Of a stretch of DNA of 64,000 nt, positions 1 to 13,100 are shown one piece after another; position 1 is the first letter of the stretch, and each line of letters begins with the position of its first letter. The notes beneath the pieces are model-generated. The model saw only the letters and a program-made list of their open reading frames with translations. It was not told where the DNA came from and searched no databases. The translations under genes and the position numbers were made by a program. This stretch comes from Podarcis melisellensis (taxonomy: Eukaryota): assembly GCA_964234715.1 (NCBI GenBank), contig OZ174284.1; one strand, 5' to 3'.

Positions 1-842
1 CTTGGTTTAAGGCAGCTATGTATTTATTAAACCGCTTCGCAACGGGAGAGGATGGTCCATTAAACACTGGGAGTTGCCAGGATCATATACGATAACATGG
101 TGTAACGTATATGTGATACTGATGGGTTTAGTGTAGAGTAGAAATATGCTTAACTTTATTGGAATGCCAAACAAAAGGTGATAACTGATGCTCTTTTTCA
201 TTGCTGTAATATTGCAGCACTATGTTGAGAGACGAGGTGTGAGAATAATTAAAAGAATTTGTGGTTTGAAAAGCAGAAACTGGCAGTACAGTCATTCAAT
301 TTTGCCTGTTGGCTTTTTAATCACTGTAATTTCTAGCACTCTCCTTAGTCTGTATCAAGAGGTATGCATAGCTGGGTCTCAGCATGCACAACATGCTAAA
401 TCACACAACACACTAAAGATGTTATGCCTTTCAGCTGTAACAGTGCCTTCCCACAGAGTGTTCACCCCACCTCAGGTTTCACAATCCCTTTTGGAAGTGC
501 AGTCTGCTTCTCATATTTGCTGTTAAAGTTGTAGTTAAGTTGCCTGATTGATGGACTTGCTGCTTTGGTCCCTACACAGGGAGTTTACAAATTAGGTTGC
601 ACCCATGCCATGCACTTCAAGCACTTTTATGTCACTTTTACATAATTCACCATTCATTTTAAGGGTGGTGGAGGCAAAGAACGTCACCCGTAATGTACAG
701 GAAAAAATAATTCTTTTTTTGGAATAGCAATGGCACCCACCTGAGAGGTGCCAGAACTGAATTCTGGCGAGTTCTGGCTGAAAAAAAATAACTGTCTAAA
801 GGCATTTATTTTTGCATTTTTTTGCCTTATATTGCTTAGAGC

Positions 843-968
843 CAGTGTTTTCCCCCCTAGAAAATAGGTGCCGGTACTCACCATGAAGTTGTTACATTAA
901 GTGCCACAGTTTTTTTAACAACAAAAAGGGTACTGTGTACCCTTGAGTACCCCCTGAAAAAAGCATTG
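843..968. mobile_element. hAT-type MITE
   Basis: Imperfect TIRs CAGTGTTTT.../...AAAAGCATTG, with an exact 8-bp TSD CTTAGAGC at 835-842 and 969-976. Confidence 0.75.
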
Positions 969-1784
969 CTTAGAGCAGTTTACAACTTTCACAAGAAACA
1001 GTTCAACACTGGAAACAAAAAGTTCATTAAAGACATACAGTATGTTGGTGATGCAAACTATGACCTTAAGGACACAAAAAAGTGGATACTTTGTAGATAC
1101 TGTTAAAAGTCATTGATCCTTGTCCATATCAGCAGTTTTGAAGAGCTGTGGATGGATGTGATACATCTTCATGTTTTTGTGAAGGCAAGTGCAGAGCATT
1201 GTTTTCTTTTCAAGATTATTACAGAGATTATGCAGATGCAGGGAGTTTTACAGCAAACTGGAGAAAACTGTGTAGGAAACAGTAAGAAGTATTTAATTAT
1301 TTGTCAGAATTGTCTGACAGCATTCAAAGGAAAGGTAAATATTTGTCTTGAGGGGGTTCCTTGCTTCTGTTCTCTTTTTAAATAATCATTTCTTAAAACT
1401 TATACACCAGTTGCTTCTAAAAAAACCACAAAACAGTTTACAAGACAATAACACTGAGAAAAAATTACAACCATACTTTTAAACACAGAGAAGTTAAAAT
1501 ACTAAAACAGATTAAAATTACCTCAGCTTTCTAAGCAACTAGAGTGCTTCTCTGTGTAATGTCTTGAGTGACTGAGCATTTGTAACAGAGTTAAATATTC
1601 AGTTACATGAGCAAAGAGATGGAAGAAGGAAAATAATAAAGTGTGTATGTCTAGTTAGGTAATAATTAAAGTTGGAAACTTTAATTAGCTGATTAATCAG
1701 CTTAAAATGAGGGCCAATTTTGTAATCGTTTTGTCTTGTAAACTCACTTTGTGTTAACAATTGATAGAACATTGTTTCTGATGT

Positions 1785-2012
1785 TGAAACAAACAAATTC
1801 CTTCCAGTAGCACCTTAGAGACCAACTAAGTTTGTTATTGGTATGAGCTTTCTTGTGCATGTACACTTTTTCAGATACTTCAGATACTGAAGAAATGTGC
1901 ATGCACACGTAAGCTCATACCAATAACAAACTTAGTTGGTCTCTAAGGTGCTACTGGAAGGATTTTTTTTTTGTTTTGTTTCGACTACAGCAAACCAACA
2001 CGGCTACCTACC
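1785..2012 (+). mobile_element. Penelope-like retroelement remnant (inverted, fold-back pseudo-LTR) with degenerate hammerhead motifs
   Basis: About 80-bp inverted arms (1799-1878 and 1885-1962), then a tail ...CCAACACGGCTACC; 12-bp direct repeat TGTTTCTGATGT at 1773-1784 and 2013-2024; CTGAAGA-palindrome-G(T)AA core. The family call is from recall of squamate Penelope ends. Confidence 0.75.
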
Positions 2013-2147
2013 TGTTTCTGATGTGTTCAGGTAATAAAGGATGAAAAGGAGAAAAAGTCAAGATGTCTTTTCCTTTTAGCGCTGCACAGTTACTTTTGTT
2101 TGTTGAACAGTAAACTTCTCATATGCTTCATTTCTTCAAAACCTGTA

Positions 2148-2370
2148 CAGCGGTACCTCAGGTTACAGACGCTTTAGATTACAGACTCCGCTAACCCAGA
2201 AATAGTACCTTGGGCTAAGAACTTTGCTTCAGGATGAGAACAGAAATCGCCCAGCGGTGTGGTGGCAGTGGGAGCCCCAATAAGCTAAAGTGGTACCTCA
2301 GGTTAAGAACAGTTTCAGGTTAAGAACGGACCTCCAGAACAAATTAAGTTCTTAACCCGAGGTACCACTG
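2148..2370 (+). mobile_element. Tc1/mariner-pogo (Tigger-like) MITE
   Basis: TA|CAGCGGTACCTC...GAGGTACCACTG|TA: TIRs plus a TA target site. Confidence 0.8.
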
Positions 2371-3142
2371 TAAAAGAATATTGGGCCATTATGTGTGTTA
2401 TACACCTGGGCTACATACTTTTCAAATGCTATAAACTTAATTTTTACTGGCTTTCCCAGGAGGTGGAGTTGAATTGTGGGTAGTATCTAATTTCTTTTTA
2501 TAACTGTTCTTACTTGTTACGTTTTTATTGTTTTATTATTGTACACCACTATGGTATTTTGTAATATTAAGCAGTTCATAAATATTCCAAATAAATGCCA
2601 CAGACCTAAGCACACTTAACTAGGCAAAGGTCCCAAATGAACCCACAAGGACTTCTGTGTAAATACAACAGGACGATACTGCTAGTGTTATTAATTTAGC
2701 TTGCAATATTTCTTAATCAGTATCTACACCTTGTTAAGCTAACTCCCCTACTATTCTATCATTGTGATAGAATTGTTGCACTTTCTAACATGTAGCAAAA
2801 AGCTGTCCATGCAGATACAGATAACTTGCAACTTGCGCTTATTTAACATACACGCTTGGCTTTTTTGTGATGCAAAAATGGTGTGCACAGAAAAAAACGG
2901 AATCTGGTCCAGAGGATTGAGAAAATCTTGGAGCAGCAAGAAGCTGGAGGGGAGGAGGGTGAATTGGTGAAGATGGCCTCCTTTCCCATTCTGCTTCATT
3001 GGATCAAAATGCCTTCTGCCCACAGGAGGACATCACTGGACAGGCACCCAATATTAAATGTGATTTCTAGGTCCTGCTACACATACAACATTGATTATGC
3101 AAAACCCCCCGTACATCCAATGGCAATTGTATGCTGCCAATA

Positions 3143-3348
3143 CAGTGGTACCTCAGATTAAGTACTTAATTCGTTCCGGAGGTCCGTTCTTAAGCTGAAA
3201 CTGTTCTTAACCTGAAGCACCACTTTAGCTAATGGGGCCTCCCGCTGCCACCGCTCGATTTCTGTTCTCGTCCTAAAGCAAAGTTCTTAACCTGAGATAT
3301 TATTTCTGGGTTAGCGGAGTCTGTAACCTGAAGCGTATGTAACCCGAG
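3143..3348 (-). mobile_element. Second copy of the same Tigger-like MITE, inverted, one TIR truncated
   Basis: TA|CAGTGGTACCTC start; the body is the reverse complement of 2148-2370 (e.g. TTTCTGGGTTAGCGGAGTCTGTAA vs TTACAGACTCCGCTAACCCAGAAA). Confidence 0.8.
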
Positions 3349-4005
3349 ATGATTTTAGATGGCTGAAAATTCTTTTAAATAAATCACAATAATTGAACTT
3401 GTGAGCTCATAGGCATGTGGATGACCACCATGGAAAATATGTTGGACTAGATTAATCTTTGGTCTGATCTAGCAAGGCTTCTCTTAAGTTTTTGAGTTGC
3501 ATTTTGCTGTACGCAGAAATCTTTTGCATAAATATGTTTTTTTCTGTAGACTTGATATATGTCCCTTGATTTATCCTGTCAAAATGTGCAAAAACACATA
3601 TTGTAAAGGTCTAGAGAAGAAATCAAAATATTAATAATTCGGAATCTTTTACCATTGAAGAACACAATCAATAAATGACATGCTGAGGCTTGACCTTATC
3701 CAGGGATAGGAACCAGTTGCTGTGTGATTTGAGTTATCATCATCCATGATCACTGGACACATGCCAGCACCCAACAGCATCTGGGGGCACCCAACAGTTC
3801 CTCATCTCTGATCTAATCTGTGTTGGGAATGGTTTGTAAGCCCCTTGAGAACATAACACATTGTTGCATAACTATGTAGTGTACTGTTTGCATCAGTGAA
3901 TGTATGTATATTAAGTGGAAAACTTTGGGCAAGATAAGGAGCAGGTCTGAAAACGTGCTTGGCTGGAATTTTATCTGCATACGTTACACGTTTTCTTTTG
4001 TCTAG

Positions 4006-4139
4006 GATGAATGAAATGAGCCTGAACCCTGTAGGGATGGAGCAGCTGACGGCTTCCTCTGTGAGCAATGCCCTGACTGTCTCGGGAAGCCACTTAGGGT
4101 TGGCTTCCTCACCAACACACAATGCCATACCAGCACCAG
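4006..4139 (+). CDS. PRDM4: PRDM4 first visible coding exon (ATG at 4007)
   Basis: tttgtctag|G ATG AAT GAA ... CCA G|gtaac; [44 protein letters not shown]. Confidence 0.93.
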
Positions 4140-7100
4140 GTAACATAGCAAGCTAAGGGGGGGGCACCTCTTTTTTGTGTTATGTATATCTTTGTGCTGT
4201 TTAGACTAGGGGAAGGTGTGTAGCTGACCAGGCCTAGGAAAGGTTGGAGGCCTGCATTCCTCTATTCAACGGAAATTGCTCTTACTTTGGTCCTTTGTCT
4301 CATATTATGGTGCTCCTGCCACCAAAGCTTGGCATCTGGGGATCCTGGTGGCAATTCCACATACTTTCAGTTACCGGTATATGAGCATTTTTGAAATGTT
4401 ACCAAAAATACAATGACCACCCACAGTGCAGAGTTCTCCCAAGAACAGCATTTCCCCCATTGTGGTTAGAAACCAATACTTTCAATGATCCTCCTCATTT
4501 TAAACCCCCCCCCCAATGCTTCTTCTTAATTTATTGGCAGTATAATTGCATTTTAATTTGCATTTTGTTTCTGCTAGGATTACCAGTTGCAATTCCAAAT
4601 TTGGGGCCCTCCTTACCTTCTGCTTTGTCCCTGATGCTTCCAATGGGCATTGGGGATCGGGGAGTGATGTGTGGAATACCAGAGAGAAACTATACCCTAC
4701 CTCCACCGCCATACCCTCACCTGGAGAGCAGCTACTTCAGACACATTCTACCTGGTGAGTACTGCGGCTGGATGGAGACATGTGTTGAGATTGAAGTCTT
4801 TATTCAGCAGGAAGGTTTATGGGAGAACCTCTTGCAGGGGGAATGAGTAATAATGTTGGCCCTGAAAGCCCCTGTGGGTTAGATGGCAGGATATATATTT
4901 CAGGGTTAAAAACTTGGTAAGTTAAGTAAGTCTCTCCCATTTTTTAAAAAAACGTTTAACCATTAGTCATTTACAGAAGCAGGCTTTTCATGGAATTGTA
5001 GTCATATGTCTTGCTTTCTTTTTCTCATGGCTTGAGAAATCTTGGAACTTCATAGAATTGCTGTTTGTGAGTCTTAACTTTTTCATGATTTGGGGTTTTT
5101 ATTTATTAAATTTATATATTGCCCTTCATCCCAAAGGAGTTCAGGGTGGCTTCAAAGAGCAACAGCCTCTAGAACAGGAGTAGACAACATGGCGCCCTCC
5201 ACATGTTTCGACTACACTCCCATTGGGCCCCAGTAGACGCTGCCAAGTGATCAGGGATGATGGGTTTGAAGTCCAAAACATCTGGAATTCACCATGTTGG
5301 CTATTAGAGATTTAGAACTGTTGGATTTTTATTTGTACATATAGATTGCTGTTAGGTTCAGCCACTTGAAACTTGACTTTTTATTGCACACTGATCCTCT
5401 TCTCACTATCTCTTCTCTTTTTCTCCCCTCTCTTTTTCTTTTCTCCCCTTCTTCAGGTCTTTTATCTTATTTAGCTGACAGACCTCCACCTCAGTACATC
5501 CACCCCAACAATATAAATGTTGATAGTAATCCAGCTTTATCTGTCTCCAACAACCCTTCAGGCCTAGATCCCTACCAGCCCAATGGAACGGTGGGTCTCG
5601 AACCAGGCATTGTCTCCATGGATTCCCGCTCAGTGAACACACACAGCACCCAAAGCTTGCATCCCAGCGACAGCCATGAGGTAGCTCTGGATACCACAAT
5701 CTCCATGGAAAGTGTTTCGAGGGTTACCAGCCCAATCTCTACTGACAGGATGGCTGAGGAACTTACAATGGGTGATGTGGCTGGGGATCATTCACAGATT
5801 GCAAATGGAAGCCATAGTCATGAGCCTCTAGCTGTGGATGCTGTGGGTAGCAGCTTAGCCACGGACACTGTAGGTCATAATGGCGTCCTCCCTATTCATG
5901 GTAGCAGCTTGGAGCTTCCTGTTGTTATGGAGCCTGACCACATTGCAGGCCGTGTCAGTGGTCTATCTGACAGGACGCTTGGCGACTCCATTCATGCGGT
6001 GGCCATGAGCAGCAATTCTGTGAGTGTGGCACTTTCTACCTCACACAACCTCACATCCCTGGAATCTGTCTCCTTACATGAAGTGGGTCTCAGTTTGGAG
6101 CCTGTGACTTCCATAAGCCAGGAAGTAGCCATGGGACAAACTCATGTGGATGTCTCCCCGGACAACCTTTCCTTTGTGCCGTCATCGCTGCAGATGGAGG
6201 ATTCCAATTCAAACAAGGAGAACATGGCTACCTTGTTTACCATATGTGAGTGCTTGTCAGTGTATGCTTGCCTCAGTCTCTAGGTATTTTTTTGCATTGC
6301 AAGGTAGAACGTTTCTTGCAGTAAACGTATTTACTTCTGGTGGCAGAGTCCAGCTGAACCATAAAAGAAATCTAACAGAAGTTGGGGAAAACTGGGCTAA
6401 ATCTTACATTGTACAGAACTGTCATTTAAAGAAACCAACACTTTGGTGTGCATTTTTTCCTTTTTTGTCAGCCCAGTTGATTTCTCCCTTCCAGATTACA
6501 AAAAAAACAAGTTTTTTCAGCTCATAGTGCATACAGACATACCTAGACACAGGAGTGGGTGTGGGTTGTTCCACTGTCACTGCTCATTCCCTCACATCTA
6601 TACATACAGGCTCTAAAGTGAATGCAGCTCAATTGTTCTTTGCCCCTCCCCCCGCTTTCTAATTGTCCCAAGTGTTTTCCCTGCTTACATGTTTGTTTGG
6701 TGTTTTGTTATCTTCATTATTAAAAAAAGAACACCAGCCCTGTTTCCCTTTTTAGCACTTATTTATATTTATTTGGAGACATTCTTAGCCACACTTCACC
6801 ATAAAGGCCCAGGGCAGGTTGCAATATTATCTTGCAAAGTTAAAATCGAAACAGAATAGAAGACAATAGAAGTAGGTCCCTTGAAAATCTGCTCTGCCCA
6901 AAGAAAGGTACAAGGTGGTTTCCTGTTTGGTGGACCCTTTTGCCAGTTAATGCTGTTGGGCTAGAAACTGGAAGAAAAACTTGATCAAGTTTGTGTGTCT
7001 TGACTATTAAGTGGCTATGTTCCCACAACAGGCTTTCCTCTAACTAAAACTATGTCTATTTGTAAGCACCCTTCCATGTGTTTCCCCATCCCTGCTGCAC

Positions 7101-10100
7101 ATAGGAATAATTCACCTCCCCCTGCTACTGAGAATAAAGAACCTGTCTTTCCATCACATTTTAATTTAGTGTAAATTGGTCTTGTCCATGCAGACCTACA
7201 GTATGTTAATGATGTGTATTTCCTCCCTCAAATAAATAAATTAAAAATGGAGCAAACCCAACTTCTGCAATATTTTCTGCCCTGGTCACTTAAAGGCAAT
7301 TTTTAATTTCCACAAAGAGCTGGCCAAGTCATTACTGTATTTACAAATGTGCAGGATTAGAAAAAGAAGACTGCAGGCTCTTTGCGTTAACTATTTGTAA
7401 CTTGACTTTTTGTATTTGTGACACCCTCATCTTGCCTGACTTGCTACAGTAACAATATCCCCAATGTTCTGTGTCCTCCCTCAACTGCAGGGTGCACACT
7501 CTGTGACAAGGCCTACCCATCTGATTGTCCAGATCACGGGCCTGTGACCTTTGTTTCAGACACCCCAATCGAGAGCCGAGCCAGGCTTTCTCTCCCGAAA
7601 CAGCTTGTCATCCGCCAGTCTCTCATGGGAGCCGAAGTTGGTAAGGATACCGTTAACTAGATTTTTATGTGGTGGGGTACGGTTGATTGGGGAGAGAAAA
7701 GGAAATCCCAAGTGAATAAAACCTCATATGGTAATAGTGGAAAACAAGATAATTAAAAGGTGGCATTTGGGAAGAAATTGGGTCTGGGCAGTTCATTTGT
7801 AAATGGGTGTACAAGACAAGAATATCTGTTTTGTGGTCAGAGAATGGTGGGAGGTATTTTTATATTGTGCCAGTTCTCTTTATTAAGTAATTAATGAGGA
7901 AAGCAATAACATTGTTGAGACTTGTTGCCTAGATCAGGGGTGGCTACACTGGCCCTTGAGATGTTGCTGGATTACCATCAACTGTGACTCTTAACCATGC
8001 TGGCTGGGGCTGATGGGAGTTGGGGTCCTAACAACATCTGCTTCCCCACCATGTTTGCGTTTTCTTATGTAGAACAGTTAACCTAGCTGCAGCAACTGTT
8101 ATATAGCCCTATGAAATTTTAGTGCCTCACAGCTCCTTAAGGAAGGTAGTTGATCTGGAGGCAGGGGTTGATAATTAGAAGATCAAGAGTCTAGCAGCAA
8201 GTAATTTCACTCCCACTCAATGCAAGATTCTTAATAGGTAGTATTCTCTGTAGCGTATTTTTTATGTCTGCAAAGGTACATTAGTTTACACTAATAGAGA
8301 TTGTCACCTTTTCTCTTCAGGTGGGCAGTATTGTCAGTTATCAACATGTCTTGGATCTTCCTCCTTGGGTATGGCCACTAGATAAACTTTGGCAATGAAA
8401 CTCTGACTCAGTCAGTTAGTGGAATTAGGCCTGGGCATTCATAGAAACTTATTGGTTGTATTTGTATCCATGTCTTTAAATGTTTCATTTAAGCCCTGTG
8501 ACATTATAGTTACTTGTGCTTTTGAAAACGCAGCTCCAGTAAAGTAGCAACTTTTATTTGGCCTAATCTTCTCTGTTTTGCAAGGGTTTAATTAAACTCA
8601 AAGATAAGTCAGTGGGAGGAGTGATGCTTGAGTCTAAAACTGCCATGACATTGTTGCTGCAATGTTCATAAAGGGCTTGAAAGCCTTCAGGCCAATGACT
8701 TTCAGACTTTATATCTTCAGGAGACACTTTCTGCAATGACTAACCTGTTACAGAACCATTGTATGTCTCTTATGGCTTTCAGGAGATCCTGGAGTATCTT
8801 CTAAGAGCTTACATTCAATTTATGTGCCACACCATCCAGGTCTGGTGGGTTTGTCTTCTTGAACTGATAGTATGACCTCTCTCTCCTACAGCAGTACATT
8901 TGGAACCCCTTTGTTGAAAGCCCTCTGCCTTAAGGCATCACTCTCTTGGAGTGAGAATTAACAGCCTGGACAGAGATGTTTAGTGGAGTAACTGGGGAGA
9001 ATATGGAGAACCTAGTTATTCTAAATGTGCAAAGAATTGGCAACCTAAGATGCTTGCTATATTCCTAGCTGCTTCTGCAGTTTCTGAAATAAAAATTTTC
9101 TATTTTTGCAGGAAGTGCCTTGAAAACTTAAATGAGCGCAGGAGGTCAGGACCTCACTTTCACAACTCGACTGAAAGTAAATGATTTGATATTAGAAGAA
9201 AAATAGATTGATGCAGTGATTAACAGTTGAGCGTACTCCCAAGAGTGTTATGTGATAGTAGTTGTTCCTGTGACTATCTCATTTTGTAGATGCTTTCATG
9301 GGCTGATGCTTAGCAGTAGTCTTCTGAGTGCTATACAACATTACATCTTTGCAGTGGTGGTGTTGGAATTTGTTAGGTGTAATCAGTGGATTGTTGTTTT
9401 TAAACCTGTTGGCAGGTGTGTTGGCTAGAGAAACTATTCCTGTACGCACTTGCTTTGGACCCCTCATTGGGCAGCAGAGCCACTCCATGGAAGTAGCAGA
9501 TTGGACAGACAAAGCTGCCAATCACATTTGGAAGGTCAGTTTGTGTTGTCATGTCCTCCTCTTCATTATTGAACCTTGTGCAAAAAAGACAACTTGGGTT
9601 TGCCTTGTCTTCTTTTGCGCACATGCAAAAAAAATGGCAACATGACATTGGGAATGGTGAGAAAAGTGGCAGGTTATCCTGAATTAAGTGGTATCTGTAT
9701 GTATAATACTCCATTTTCAGATTTGAAAAAGTGCTTGAGAGACTTGCCCTTCCTTTTCCCCAGCTATAATGCTTCTCTTAAGAAATATAACGTTCTCTTA
9801 AGAAAAGTGTGTGGAGCTTTTGGCTCTCCGAATGTTGCTGAACTACAACTCCCATCAGTCCCAGCAAGCATGGCCAATGACTAGGGAATTCTAGTACAGC
9901 AACATCTGGAGAGCCAAAGGTTCCCTACACCTGTTTAAGGCTTGTCTGCACAGCAGGCAAAATTGAGTTTACCATCATGGGCTTTATAGCTGCCTCGTTC
10001 TTCTTTCCTTTCATCCTTGTGAACTGAAGCCCTGTCAGGGAGCTCTAGCACATAGTGCCCTACAAAGATTCAGATCATGGCGTCTTGGAAATCTGAGTGG

Positions 10101-13100
10101 GAGGGAGAATATGCTTCTAGAAATGAAGCTATTTTCTAATAAAGGATGGTCCATAGGATGATGTCTTCATGCTTAGTTTACCCCATCTTTTTAGACTGTT
10201 TCCAGCACTTAAGAAATTTGCTGCAGGAAAGTCCTGGCTGTAATATTTCCTCCATGCTGTTGCAGCGACAGTTTCTGTGGAGAGATTTTCCAAACATTTC
10301 AACTGGCACGTCTGTCTTACTTTTCTCTCATCAGATGTACCACAACAATGTCCTGGAGTTCTATATCATCACAACTGATGAAAATGAATGTAACTGGATG
10401 ATGTTTGTGCGGAAAGCCAGGTGAGAAAACGATACACTTTAGACAGGGTTGGGTACCTTAGTGGAACAGTCATACTGGTATGATATGCATTCCTCCATGT
10501 ATTGCATCAGAACCTTATTATTCTATCTCTCTTTTCTCTGCCCCCATTTTTACTTGAAATAGCACTCTTTAGTCCAGGCATAGGCAAACCTGGCCCTCCA
10601 GATGTTTTAGGACTACAACTCCCACCATCCCTAGCTAACAGGACCAGTGGTCAGGGATGATGGGAATTATAGTCTGAAAACATCTGGAGGGCCGAGTTTG
10701 CCTATGCCTGCTTTAGTCCAATATTTTGGACTCAAAAGTGTAATTCAAAAAAACTTGTTCCAACCATACGTGTTCTCATAGAACTACACTGGTTATCAGA
10801 TGATTTCTCGACCCAACTGAAAATGCTGTTCTGGCTTTTGAGACACATGTTCTTCTGAGACACTATCTGAATTCGGGGCACTTAGAGCAATGTAACTTTT
10901 AGGCTTAGGGACCAAATGTGGCCCTCAAAGCCTTGCTGTCTAGTCCCTGGGACTGTCCCCAGCTACATCCCCGACTTGCCTTGCTTCTCACCCTTGAGTG
11001 ATTTTGCTTGACTACATTGCATACTTGAACTCCCATGTCATTTATATAAATGGAGGATAGCGGTAGGGGTGTGTTTGTGTGTGTATATAAATCTAGCCTA
11101 CTGTAGAAAGGTGAACTTTACATTCACTGCTCTGCCTACTCTTGACCTACCACAGGTCCCCAGAAAGAAATGCAGCCCTCAGACTGAAATAGGTTCCCCG
11201 CTAAGGTTTAAATCATAATAATAAAAATAATACTAACACACCCACAATGGCAACTTCAGCTCAGGTTCACCTTTCATGCACACAGGTGTGAGTCAGTAAC
11301 TATATATTACAAGATCCTAAGCCCCTTTGTTGCCCTGACATGTCCCAAAAATATGAGAGCTCTGGGGCTGGGTTAGTTAATACCCTCCTACTGTGATCAA
11401 ATGGAAGGGGACAGAGACAGCTTCCCCTCCTGCCTTGGTCATAGCTGGAAGCAGGGCATAGGCTGTAGTGCAGTAGCTCTGCTATGGATTCTTCACCCAT
11501 TCCTCAATAGGATTGCTCTGCCCTTCTTTAGGCCCACTTAAACCTCGGCTTACGTTACCTTTGGGTAACATGAACGGCAAACCCAGAAGTGTTTCACTGC
11601 ACGCATGCGCAGTAGTCCCTCCAGTTGCGGAAACCTCGGAATCTGACCAGTGCTCCGGAACGGGTTCCGTCTGCAACCAGAGGTACCACTGTACAACTAG
11701 TTAACCTCCACTTCTAAGCTTCCGGCTGTATTGTTCGTGGCAAAAAGGATCAAAAGTTTTGGTGCATATTCACAGCAAACTTTCCTGAAATGGGCTGCAG
11801 TAAGTTTGGATGCAAGTCACGGGGAGTAAAATATGCAGGGTGTCAAAGACATAGGATCCAGAGTCAAGAGGTGGACATTGGGAAAGCTTAAAAGTAAAAC
11901 AGTGACATCTGAATCCTGCAAGGGAATAATATGACTATTGGTCATGCTGCCTAGAGCTGATGGGAGTTGGAGTCCAACAACATCTGAAAGGAGACACATT
12001 CCCCTCCCTGTTCTAAAGAAGCTGTCTGCTCCAGGAATGGAAGTCACCCACTGTGTGACCACTGGATGGAATTGAGTAGTATTACAAAGCTGAATTTCAG
12101 AAAGGTCCACAGCTCCACTTCTTCACTCAGAAGAATTTTTTTTTTTCTGACAGCTACAAAAGTAGTCAGTTACTGTTTTGAATTAGCTTGTACTAAGAAT
12201 GTTAAACATTCCAGAAATATTGATAGAATAAATACTATGTCACATTTAAATTGGTTTCCTCTCTGCATATAACAGGAATCGGGAAGAACAAAATCTGGTG
12301 GCTTATCCTCATGATGGAAAGATTTACTTCTGCACCTCACGTGATATCCCTCCAGAGCATGAGCTTCTATTTTACTATAGTCGAGATTATGCCAGACAGA
12401 TTGGTAAGCAGTTTGATGAACTTAATTCAATGTATCCTTTAGAAAGCATCCACTTGTGTTCAGTTTGCCTCTTATCAGAGCTATGCTTGAATGGATTTAG
12501 CTCCATATTGTTAATTTTATTCATGTCCAGAATGTGGAATTCTAATTCTAGGTATTTTACAAAATGTTTGCCAAGCTGGGTTATTTTGCAGGCTGGGAAG
12601 CTCAGTTATGAGCTTTGAAGCTTGTGCAACATCAGTTACCAAGGAACAGAAACTCTGTAATGCCCAATTTGCACATTATTGGCTTTACAGCGCTATCTGA
12701 CCATTTATTTGCACAAAGCTACAAGTTTGTAACTTTTTCTGTGCCTTCTTTTTAGTCAGGATGGTTTTCTTGTCTTTTGTTCCTGCAAAATGCACTGAAT
12801 AAAGACCAGTCACCTTTAAGCAGAGCCAAGCTTGCAAGTATACGAGAGCTGTGGTGCTTGAAACTCTGAGATCTTGTTTTTGCGTTAAAGGTGTTCCTGA
12901 GCATCCTGATGTGCACACTTGTCACTGTGGAAAAGAATGTGCTTCCTACACAGAATTCAAGGCCCACCTGAGTAGTCACATCCACAGCCACTTCCCCAGC
13001 CAGGGCCACAGCAGCAACCATGGACCAGGCCACAGTAAGGAGAGAAAGTGGAAGTGCTCCATGTGTCCTCAAGCTTTCATCTCACCTTCTAAGCTTCATG

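Noticed and set aside
1-4005. Search for the PRDM4 promoter or an upstream mini coding exon (human MHHR)
   Set aside because: No CpG island and no ATG-containing exon with a phase-2 donor that I can support; probably upstream of the window or absent.
9377-9415. In-frame upstream acceptor (ttag|GT at 9376) that would add 13 aa to the PRDM4 PR domain
   Set aside because: Weak polypyrimidine tract and no homology support for the extra residues.
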